Position numbers and translations under genes: made by a program
Notes under the pieces: generated by a model
The model's database searches: none
What the model was told of the DNA's origin: nothing
Seen by the model: the letters and a program-made list of their open reading frames with translations, nothing else
Part shown: piece after piece, positions 38,501-51,000 of the stretch
Layout: each line of letters begins with the position of its first letter
How positions within the stretch are numbered: the stretch's first letter is position 1
Origin: Balanoglossus misakiensis
Taxonomy: Eukaryota; Animalia; Hemichordata
DNA length: 64,000 nucleotides
Direction of reading: 5' to 3'
NCBI GenBank assembly: GCA_040954595.2
Contig: CM082587.2
Span: 1,889,000 to 1,952,999, forward strand

Positions 38501-40936
38501 AAACTGCTTCCTCACGCCCCTGTCATGTTTGATTACCCAATTTGCAATATCAAGAGGTATTACAAATTTAACTGTTTGATTTAATTAGTACGTCTATTTT
38601 GATTATAAATTGTTAACAGAGACAGATAAACTAAAAGAATAAAACAAATTTTATGATGTAGACATTTAATAATGGTCACTAAAAGATAAATGTTACGACG
38701 ACGTAGACATTTACTGTATGTGTTTACTTTGAGTCCGTTCGTTGATTTGTGGACAGTTCTTGTGACATTTAAGATACCTCTAATTTTTACGCAAACACAA
38801 ACCTATTGCAAAATTGAAATTTCCAGCTGTATGTCACTATAAAGATAGTGTAAGACACACGAATACTACTAGTATATAGTGACCGGCCTCGCATTATGGT
38901 ATACTTCAATACAAATTATCATGTTTTGACTAGAAACGGTTTACCGGTAGTACTTAGTACCAGTTTGAATAAAAATTGTAATTCTCTTCATAGGAGCTAT
39001 TTCCCAGCGTGAAACATGTTACAACAGGTTTCATTTGATGGCTGTACAGAAAATAAAATGTCTTAAGATGATATCCACGCTGCCTGCTTGCAACACATTT
39101 TACGATCCATAAAATTGCACCTTTTATGACATCGCTCGTGCACTGCCGGAGGCATTTAATCGGTATCATATTCTACTCGGAAATTGAGTTACATAGAAAA
39201 GATAATTTGATTTGGCGAAACCACGTAAAATCAGGCGTACAGTATATCGCAGCGAATATGATTATACCAGCATCTACTTAAAAAGAGTTGAAAATCCTCA
39301 CATCTAAAACAACGCTACGCAAAACATGTAACACAGATTCCACACTTACCTAGATGTGAGAGAGGCTTGAGTCGGACTGGTGACTGGTGCAGTCGCAGTG
39401 TTCACGATTGCTGTACGTTCACCGACAGTGGGCAATTTGAGATGTCTTGGCTAGGACACAGAAATAAAATAGCTATGATGCACCCACTGATAAAACACAA
39501 GGGCGAAAATTTCCTGGAAGTAAAGGAACATGAAGACACAGATTGTATTGGAGAACTCTTTAAATTTTAAAGCGGAGTCGACTACGCAATGGGAGTACTA
39601 ATTCTAAATCAAACATACCCCTATAGTTCTTTCCTCGTTTGTTCAACAACTTCAACGCGTACGGTACATCTGGGGACGAGCGAGTACAAATATCAAATGA
39701 CGTAGTCACTGACACAGGCCATTGTATAAATATCATTTCATACGACAAAACGTGAACAATGAGTCATGTGATCTTTCTGTGCAGCTAGGGACACACAGAC
39801 AAGTGGTGCATGGCAGAAGCGACTTCCTGTCCAGCAGCCGTTCAAGTGGCGACTTAATGAAAGGGTCTTGAACTTGGCAAATACAAAAGACAGATAATAT
39901 TGCTTGCTGAAAACTGTCACCAAAAATGGCGTGTTTTATACAAATAAATACATGCGTCACGCTATCAATATCGCCTTGTGTCCATTCAAATAGTGCTGTG
40001 ACGCCTAGCAACCAGTTGTAGGTCTACACAGTGCGTAAAAAATCGCTAAGCTTACATCCGAAAATTCATGCATCGCCTGCTAAAGTTCTATACTGTGCTT
40101 TTGTATGTTTCACTGTCGGCAAAATCACGGACTGAATTGCACGGAGCAGAAAAAAATGAATTAGTCACGTCTTCCGTGAAGACAAACACCGGAAGGCTGC
40201 TTTCCATAAGTTTTGTGCAGAACCGAGAAGAGATATAATAGAAGCACTAGTCAACAAATAATGACACTGAATTACGTTTTAAGAGTAATCATCATGGTGA
40301 GAGCAGCATCGTAAAATGCATATTATGCACGCACGTTCAACCATAGTCTTCGATTTGGGCCTCCGGTGTTTTGCGAAAATTGGTTTTGTGAGAAACAAGG
40401 ACTTTATATTTGCTTTAACTTTCGCCGCAAAAATGTGTTCTTAATTTTGAAAATTCGAACAGAGGCTTCGGGGTGCTCAACAGGTGGGTGATAAAGCGGT
40501 CTGGCTGTGGGCATGAATGAACTACCTACGCGATTTCTCCTATACTCGCACAGGTGGATTCATGTTTTTATAGAAGTAGCAAGAGAGTTTGAGGATTGAA
40601 GTGGTACAACTTCATTCACTGGCCACATTCAATGGGGTCCTTTGGGAAAGTCCCCAAAGTAGCTTTTGGCAAATCTGCGTATTAAATCTTGTATAGTCAC
40701 TACGTTGTGAGGCAAGAGAAATTTCGCGGGTACTGTCGGTTATTTTGAATATCCTAGAGGAATGGAATGTTTGACTGTTGTCTTGTTAAATCGCTAGTCC
40801 AATGTGTTGAAATTGGGGGCGCTGTGTAGCCTGATGAACGAATTTGCCGCCGCCGCCACCGCCTGTGACAAATGGAATGATGAACATAGCTAGTGATCTT
40901 AAAAATACAGACTGTATTAATAAGAATAAATGTTGC

Positions 40937-40942
40937 TTTATT
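40937..40942 (-). terminator. Putative polyadenylation signal of the long CCP-gene isoform
   Basis: TTTATT on plus = AATAAA on minus, ~370 nt downstream of the TAG at 41312. Confidence 0.5.
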
Positions 40943-41311
40943 ACAGTGAGCTGTGTGTTGTACTGGTTATATACAGGTAACTTTTTGAAATAAAACTTAT
41001 CCTTTCAGTAAATGTATATTGTAACAGTTACATTGTATTTGGGAAAACTGGTTGAATGTTTATGTTTCTTCAGCTGTGAGTAACTTGCGAAGCAAACATT
41101 AATAAATGAGGCTGAATGATCCATTTCAGTTTAAAGAGTGTTGTTGCACTGGCTGACGGACATGCTAATTTTAACGTTGAATTGTACAAATCAGTTTTTA
41201 ATAAAAACTTTTGATATTCGCCAAACTGTTTAAAACAGGTGGCAGAAAAATATATCATCTCTGTGTAATATTCTGACTGAGCAATAGCAGGAAATTTGCG
41301 AGCACCTAATT

Positions 41312-42074
41312 CTATTCGAACAAAGCTGGGCACACTGTTGTTAAGCGTGTAATTTCTTCATTGTTCAACACTGCTGCATAGTTATGACTTTCCACCTGCA
41401 GCTGACTTGTACCATCTGTTGCAATTGTGCCAAAGATCACATAGACTGACCCTCGGTTTTCAATCTGTGGACACTGACATCCATTCTGTCTCCGTACTGG
41501 TCCTCGCACAACTTCTACAAATTGAATGGGTCTGTCATCTATTGGAATGCTTCTCTTGACTGCAAAGGTGTAAAATATGTTTGCCTCCGTTTCTAACACT
41601 TGAGAGAGATTACCAAAAAGAACTACGGGAAAAGCAATGTGAAATAAGAGTATTAATATAATTTATTTTTACAATTTCCAAACATTAGAAATAACACACA
41701 AATAATATGATTGCATGAATGTCAAAGAAAAATTTTGCACATCTGCCATGGAATGGATGCTGGGGAGGGGGGGGGGAGGGTTTGGTCAGCCACGAATTGA
41801 CGTTTCCAAGAATAATGTTTCACAAATAGGTGTATACAGACCTAGTCATATACAAACTATCCTTTAAATCAAATGCTAACACTGGCGAGTTCAGTTTATT
41901 TACATGACATGAATGACTAGCTCAATCAAACACATAATTAAAATAAAACCAAGAATAGAAACTTACCAAAATTATTACCCAGTCTTGCACGCTCACAGGC
42001 AATCTCAATTGTATCTGGAGGACATGATCGATTACATTCTTCACCACCAACAAAGGTTTCATCTACTGAGCTCT
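41312..42074 (-). CDS. CCP gene C-terminal NTR/C345C (netrin-module) domain, two exons (41967-42074, 41312-41622)
   Basis: CNRSCPP..AC..FV..G followed by [17 protein letters not shown] and a terminal Cys. This fits the NTR CxCPxL..YLIxG pattern. Confidence 0.7.
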
Positions 42075-45000
42075 CTGGAAAATCAAAACAACAATGATGC
42101 ATTTAGTTTTCTGGTATGCTCACTTATTCGGCATGCATAAAGTCTATTTTATGATTCAAATGTGTGTGTTGACATTGAAGATGAGTGTGATTCCTCCATT
42201 TTAATAGTGACCATATTCCACCCAAGCCAGCAGGCATCAAAAAACACATGTACAGTAAAGTACGTACACATGTGCTGGTTTGACAATATGCATAGATTTA
42301 AATCTATCTTTAGACAACAGGTTCAGAAGAAACCTACTGGATGATGTCAGAAGTCGCAAGGAACTTCTGAATGATGTTGGATAGATAACCAAAGGGAACG
42401 ATGCAACAGATTAATGATTAATTACATGTATTGTATATTGGGAATATATGCATTGCACCTGTACCTTCTGTTTCTTCAGAGCTCTCCTCTGTTTCATCAC
42501 CACCTGGTTGTCCTGTACCTGCAGACAAGATAAGAAAATCTCTTAATGCGAATGATTGATGAGTCATTGCTGCAGGTTTTCTGCAAGGAGTTTGCAGCAA
42601 ACTTGTAGCAAGTTCACAAGAAAAAAAAGAACCATCTGCATATGTGCATCATATAGTATGCTATAAATTTGCTGCAAGGACTATACTGTAACATTTAGAC
42701 CAGAAATATTGAATTGGAGCACAGTAAATGACTTACCACCAGAACAGACACCATCTGAGGCCTTCTGAACATCTCTCCCTAAACATCGTATTGCATTTAA
42801 GCGACAAAGTGATCTATATGTTCTGCCATCAGTGCCACAGACATGTTCATCATCACCTTCTACACAATGACTTGCTGGTCGACAGGCACATTCTTTTACA
42901 CCAGATCTATCTGTGCATATTTCCCACTCTTCACACATGATGTTGCCGCATTCATTCTCATCTATTTTTCGTGGTAAAAGAAGAATCAGTTCAAAATATC
43001 TTTCAATGACGTACAATGTGTAGTGTACGTAACAAGTACAAATTATGAAATAACTAACATTCAAGTCGAATAGAATACTTACTCCTACATGTTGGAACAC
43101 CATCTGACCATCGGAAATTGGGTCCGCATTCTATTTCATTCACTCCTTCCAGTATGTAGCCTTGGTTACAAGAAAATTCAATCTTACTTCCAACTGTGCT
43201 ACTGCTGTGAGTTTTAAAACCATCTTCAGGTGCATCAATGTCAGGGCAGGTGCTTGCTGTCAACATACAAACAAATTTATAATTACTGATCCTTATATCA
43301 AATACTTTCCTGCAATCCAGATGGCATTAACATATCCAACAAATTGTTCACATATTGTATAAAGGATTAGTCTATTTTTGCATGGAGAAGTTGAACCCAC
43401 AGAGTGTCACATATTGTACCTTAATGAAGGCCAAAGAACTGTATGATGGTTGTAGACATGAATGATATGTGGAATCCAATCTGAGTTGACCAACTGTGTT
43501 CAAGGGGACTTTATAACAAAATACTTACGCTGACAAGTTGGTATTCTGTCAGACCATTCTCCTCTGTATGTACATGTGACGGTTGAAACACCATGAAGTT
43601 GATAGCCATAACCACACGAAAATGAAACAGTATCTCCAAGAATGAATGGTCCTGGACTCAGACGATGGCGGTTTGGCACTATGGTCCCGTTTGCTAAATC
43701 TGGAACATCTGGACATTGCACCGCTGCAGAAGAAACAAGTCAACAAATATGTCAGTCAGAGTAACTTACCTGAAAACTAGAAGAGAAACAAACTGATTTA
43801 ATGATAGTTTGGCTATATGAGTCCATTTCATTGACTAGTGATAGCTGAACATGTAAAATTATATTAATTGTAAGAAACTAATCAATTTGGTTTGCTAATA
43901 GGCACCTAATACTGTTTGGCCGCATAAGAGAGCAACACAAGAACCACCAACATTTCATATGCATCAGTTCATATGTGCAGGTATTGCACGTTGAACAAGT
44001 AATTGACATATATTTTACAAGATTCATACCCCGACCTACTGCATCAACTCATGTAGCAACCACAAGCATGCACAAGACCACAATGGAACTTAGCACAAAA
44101 TATTGTATAAAGAAATTATACATTAACATATCAAAATTGTGGCATGAGATAAAGTTGATGTGTTATACCTTGCATTTCCAAAGTAACATAATGTTGTGCT
44201 GTACTTCTATACCAACAGGTGTATGTACCAGAGTGTTTATTTTGTGGAGATCTGAATCTGAGCCGCTGGTATCCATTTCCTATGCTGTACGAAGACTTGC
44301 GCTTGCTTCCTCTATACCAAGTCAGAGAACGATGACTGACACGAGGTGATAGAGATCTACAATCCAGATAGAAAAGTGTATCTTCTAAGGGATAAACAAA
44401 TAATCTACCATCTTCTGTGACTTCTCTTGGAGAATCACCTTCCAACGTGATTTCTCCAACTGAACGTTCTGAATGAAAATGAAAAAATAAATAATCAAGC
44501 ACATTTACCATTAATTACAATTTATCAGCCATTGTTAAGATATTGCAACCACCATAAAGTTACATGTACATGTATGATAATAACACAGATTTATACAGAA
44601 GACCTATATTGAACTACAATTATTATAACAACATGATCATGTACTGACTTTCTGTCAATGTCAGTTATAACTGTAAGAAATACTTACGACATGTGGCCAC
44701 ATTAGCTGTCCATTGAGTGTTATGGCATGTTCTAGTTATGGACGATACGCCACGTGTTTCACTCAGAATATACTTGCCAATATCTGAGCAGCGTTGTGTT
44801 ATGACCGTCCCAGGCGGGAATAGTCGCGATGAACAGCTGTCAAGTTGCTTATTATCATAATAAATTATGACATTATCATTGGTCTCAGGACATTCACAGC
44901 TACGTTCATCAACTGGAAAAAACAGATACAGTGAAACAAAATAAAAGTTAGAGTTAGACATTAGTGGACATTGAGTGCAAATCTGAATTCTATCAACCCG

Positions 45001-48000
45001 TAAAGTTGGCATTTATTGAATGTGCAATAACAGTATAATATGTATCAGAGATGCTGCAATTTTTGTGACGCAAGCCAAATGTACTGACATTCAAGACAGC
45101 CAGACAGACAGACACTAAGAGAGTACTGACATTGAATATATATTATGTCTTTGCCACACAATCATATTCCATGAATGCACAGTGTTGTCAAATCCTTTAA
45201 GTTACGGAAGGATTTTATGTTTCAAGGTAGTTATTACCAAAAGGTAGTCAGCCAAACAACTATGACTACCGTTAAGATGTGGATGGGTTATTAATGATAC
45301 ATACCACAGGTAGGAAATGAGGATGTCCATGAGCCATCTTGGCAAGTACTTTGGTCAGAACTTCCACTTAGCCTGAAGTTCACGTCGCAGTAAAATTGTA
45401 GATTCGTTCCCTCAGGAAACTCATCATCTGGGTCTCCAATATATATATCCCCATTGATCTTAATTGTTCCATGATCAAGATCTGGTGGTTTCACACAAGC
45501 TTTCTCATCACTTGGATTCTGTTCTATACAATCAAAACAGAAGGCATTGTTCTATAAAGAGTACAATATGGTAATTTAAACGTGCTCAATGTACATGTAT
45601 GTCACATGCAATTGCTACATGTACTGACCGGTACATTTTTTGTCATGTTTGAAGAAAATCAGCTGAGACACATCACACTATATTATTCTAATTCTACTTG
45701 CTCGCAAGTCTACTCTTGACACCATTATTATGAGAACAGCATTTGAAGTTTGTGAGAAATGGCTTGAAAACATATATCGGCTGACACAATCTGCAGACAT
45801 CAGATTCATGTATGACATCAATAGGTTTCCATGGTTTTGGAAGTGTTATAAAAAGTGTGAATAATAAGTCATCACAGATGACATAGTCCCCACAGTTTCA
45901 TTGAAATTCATGGATGAAAGGTGAAATGTATTTTTTGTATGTGAAGTGTTGACAGTGGTCCTGCTGGGTTTTCCATGCAAATGTATATACTCATATTTTC
46001 ACAAACCTGTAACTTCAACACATATTGGTAGGGCTCCACCTTCCCACTGTCCATTCCGACAGATTCTATCTTGAGGCCCAAAGTTGAGATCAAAGCCATC
46101 ATCACAAGTAAAACTAGCGACTTGTTGATTGTTACCTTGTAAAGTCACACTCACTCGGCCATTTATTGGCATCTCTGGAATAGAACATTCATCTGAAATA
46201 TAAAAAAAAATTGCAAAAGGATGTGATTAATGGACAATGACATCTGTTAATCAAATGATAAATGACAGACAATACAATATTGAAAATGTTTCTCCCTCAG
46301 AGGAGTGATCAAATCCCACCAAATATTGTACTAACCCTGTTGGCAAACTGGATTCCTTGCGTCTGTGGTAGGATTAGAAACTGGCACTCTCCAAATGCCA
46401 TCTTGGCATATTTGGTTTGTGTCTCCATTGACTGGCATGTAACCATCGGTGCATCCAATTTCTATTTCAGTTTCACCATCTACCAACCTAGAATCTGCAT
46501 AACGATGGCTTTTGATGATTAAAGGTAGAGTCAACTGTGGAAGTTGACATGGTGCTGTAACAGAAAATATTTTCTATGAGTCAGATTGTTTTTGTAACTG
46601 ATAACCTCAGTCTTAATTTGGGATTTCAGAAATAAAGTTGTGGCACAAAATGTTGCCATTGGATCTGAACGCAGATCTGAAATAAATAATGAATATGTTG
46701 ATGAAAACATACCACGTTTACATCCTGGTATGTTTGGAAGGAATGAACCCTCAAAACAGGTGACTTGTTCATCTGCTGGGTCAGGTACCAGACCATCTGC
46801 ACAGGTAAATGAAATTCCCTCTCCTGATTCAAGGTAATTTCCTTGTGGGTTAATATGAGTGAGTCCATCGGCAGGTAGCAGAGTACATGATGCTGAAATG
46901 AGAAGAGTTTTAGTTTTTAATTACTTTTTTATTATTATGGATCAAAACACAACCACAGTCCCCCCTTCACCAGGAAAATGATATGAATAAAAATATCCCA
47001 GTTCACCCATGGAAATAGAAGTAAAGGTATATACACTTAAGTACGTCCACAAACCTTGAATCATATGCTCATCAAAGCTCATGCCTCTTCACCACTGGCG
47101 TTCACAGAGAATACAATGAACCCATTTCTAGTAAATATATGGTGAACATTTACCTGGTATGCAGTTAGGAAAACTGCCTATCCACCGTCCAAAAGTACAC
47201 CGAATGTTCACAGAGTTTGATAAACGCCTTCCATCAATTTCATATCCCTCGTGGCAAGTATATGTAACATATTCTCCATGACTGACTTTAGAACTGTCTG
47301 TATTTACAGCACCGTGATCTTGACTAATATCTGGTGTTATCTGACAAGAAGCTGGAAATAAATATGTTTGTTTCAGTACACTAAGTACATGTATTATTTG
47401 ACATATTGGTGCAACGATATCCAACCATAAATGGAATTAAGTTCTGGACTCCTTTGCTCGGCTAATTTCATCAAAATACTGATTTTTTTCGTTTACCAAT
47501 GTCGTCTAAGTGGGCCACAACTACGATGGCAAAAGCAAATGGTAGTCAAGTCAAAATACAAACCTGGTACACATTCTGGTATTTCACCAGACCAGTCACC
47601 AAACCTACATTCAACTTGTTCTAGACCACTTATTTCATACGATGAACTTGAACAGCTAAATGTGGCAGTTGTTCCATGAAGATACGCCAAACCATCTTGA
47701 TCATCATCATCATCATAATTCACTCTTAATCGTTCTGAAGAATCTATGATAGCACAGGGTGCTGAAACAAAACATAATACCATTTTTATGCACTGCTAAT
47801 TATCAGAGATATTTTACAGGATTCAAAACTAGTTTCATATACCTTAATTATCAGCTGCCCTTGATCAGGTTGGTTCATTTAATAATATATAAGCTGTCAC
47901 TCAGAATCTCACCTGGTGTACACTCTGGCAATCGCCCCCGCCATTCTCCACTTCTACAGACAACAGATGCACCTCCAATCATGTTGTAGCCCCGTCTGCA

Positions 48001-51000
48001 CCGAAAACCAATAGACTCTCTTGATGGTATGCTCCTCTCGTACGATGAAGTGAATTCAGCATTATCTGGCAAAGGAGGCAGTTGACAAGGCTCTGCACGG
48101 GACAAACAAAAATTATCAGTAAAATGGTCTTGGCAATTTGGCTACTACCGGTACATGTATGTCTGAAACATCTGAACTTAAAAACAACCCACATTATACT
48201 AAACAACATTTCAAGAATTCCCATGTACACCCTGTCAAACTTTTCAGGCATTTAACAATAAAATCTCACAGATTCAAGTACATTTGTATTATTAGTGCTT
48301 CAGAAGGACCATACATTAAGAATTAATTATAAATCAATTATATTTCAAACCTTCTATGCATAGCTCTCCCTCTGGAAGCCATCTTCCTAAGTTACACTGC
48401 AGGAATCTATTATTGCCAGCAAAGATTCTTCCTGGAATGCAGCTGACCTCTGCATATGATTCATGGGGATACTGATCATCAGCATTAGCCTGACGTAAGT
48501 ACCGCACATGTCGGTATATACCATTTGCATCAGGAACACTACTGCATGGATCTGAGAATTAAACATTGTAGTGATCATAATCATGGCATCATCTAGACAG
48601 TAACCAGCATGGTTACTGTCTTTGAGATTTGAACACGAGCTTCTATGGGAGCAGATGTAGTGTGAGGCGATTGCATAAGAAAAATATGTCGCAGTACCCT
48701 ACATCTGATTTTAATCAGATTGCATAAATACATACAAACATGTACACATACACACCTACATAAATTCATTCATACACATAAGCATGCAGATACAGACAGA
48801 CAGACAGACAGACAGAGTGGACAGACAGACACTGTAATATGGTATACCTACCTTATAAAAGAAGATTATTCTACAGCTTTCTGAGATTTATCCAACAGCA
48901 CGTTACTTTAGTTTTTGTACAGCATGCAAAACCATAATACCATGTAATACTAGTAACTAATTTTTGTGCCTGCAAAGTCATTCAGTTTGTGAATATTGTC
49001 TTTTTTTTACCTTCCAGAAATAAACCATTTTGGAAAGCATGCTGATGTTTCTTTAAACTACATGTTTTAGTCCAGAAATTGACCCAATCCAGATTTTTCA
49101 AAGTTTTTGTTGTTGTCAGGTTTATGTCCTGGGGTCCGGTGTACAAATGAAATATGGGTAGAATAAGCACATGCATGTGTGTCAGTTGAAAGACAACAAA
49201 AGACAAACAAAAACACAAATCAACTCATCAGAGTCCATCTCACTCACAGCCTTGCTGACAAGCAAATTCACAAACTTACACAAAGTGTTAGCATATAACA
49301 GATTAATTAATACAACATCAAATATTTAAGCAATAAAACACCCCCAGCCATGGTATACCACGAGATTTTGACCAGTTCACGACATATACGCACGAGCGAT
49401 AGCGAGTGCGTATATGGAGTTGAACTGGTCAAAATCGAGTGATATACCATGGCTGGGGGTGTTTTATTGCTATTATATTATGCCAGTATATTGAAACTTT
49501 GCATAAAACATTTTAAAAAGGCATTTTCTTTGACTATGATATATGACTGTGGTATATGGCTAATATATCACGGTCACGTGTCGTGTCTCGACCAATCAAA
49601 TAGCGTGATTTACACCATCAATATACTGGTATAATATAATACATCATATCAACCCCCCCCCCCCCCCTTACAAAAATGTTCTATTAAGTTCAATAGCATT
49701 CTATTTTGACAATAGAACTCAACAGATAAAGGGTCCAAATAGAGAAATCTATAGAAATTCTATAAACTTCTATAGAAATTCAAAACTTCTAAAGAAATTC
49801 TACAGATGGCAGCAGAACATTTTTGTAAGGGCTTTTAGCACATGTACAAAAACTTCATACAAGAGATCTTCCTGTGGGAAATGTACATTGTAAATTCATG
49901 ATTCCTCTGTCAATCAATGAAATTTTCTTTGACATAAACAGAAGGCTTGAGTTTGCAAGTGACGACCTGGAAGACATCGGCATGCAAACATTAAAGGAAC
50001 TCAAACTGTGCATGTCAGTGAGGGTTTCCAGCATGCAAACACCACACTCTTTCTGATCAGCGGTAAAGACAGGAGGGGCAACACATTTGAAAGATGACAT
50101 CATGCATGCAACATCATCATCATCATCACAGTGCAATGTACAATTAGAACAAACTAGAAACCATGCCTTCATATGCCAATGATTGTTGTTGTCACAATGG
50201 AAGAAAATCTCAATTGATACATGACAGTACATATGCATGTCAAACTACGACAATTCAATCATGGTTCAGTTCTTTATGAAATCAAAAGTATAGAAGTATA
50301 GTTACTATCCATTTCCAGATTTCGGTAACGGTAAATGAAATCTACTGATTTCTCACATGTTATGAAAAAACTCCTAGCAACATCAGGTTTAATACAGTTA
50401 CTGTAATTTTTCTAAAATGCATTAAATATTACCAATACAATGACAACTGATTTCCTTTGAAAATCAGCAGGGAATTTGCACTTTCCCAGGTAAATTTATA
50501 TAAATATAAAATACATACAAAATGTATGTTAAACATGTAAATGTTAGGCCATTGAACCAAGGCTACAATATGTGGCACTCTTTTGATAAATGCATTGGGT
50601 CTATTATAGCAAATATGACAACATCTTTTTTTGTTGGTACACCACATTTGTGGAGTTTGTTGGAACACAAACTTTACTGCAAAAGAATTCAGTTATCAGT
50701 AAATATATGTTGAATTTCTACTATTTGTAATTCTGTTCCTATCAGTGCATACATTAGACTGAGAAGCAAAATGTGGCATATTCTTTTCAAGAAATAAGCT
50801 GGAAATAAATAAATAACAACAATTAAAAATATAGCTGCAAGCAGCGATGACGGGCCCAAGCTTAAGCCGAAGGTCAAAGGTCATAAGCGGTCACCCGAAA
50901 TTTGGGCAAGAAATTTGACCCCATACTGGTCCGTGTCCCACAAGAACAAAATCTCTAGCCCTATTGGTTCGCCCACAATTAGGTATGCGCATAATTAATG

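Noticed and set aside
33782-40011. Short ORFs of the intergenic region (e.g. 36631-37062, 143 aa)
   Set aside because: No recognisable domains, splice structure or coding-like composition.
49855-50238. 127-aa Cys-rich intronic ORF
   Set aside because: Low-complexity (GAT/CAT repeats) with no domain pattern, and not in the phase used by the host gene's exons.
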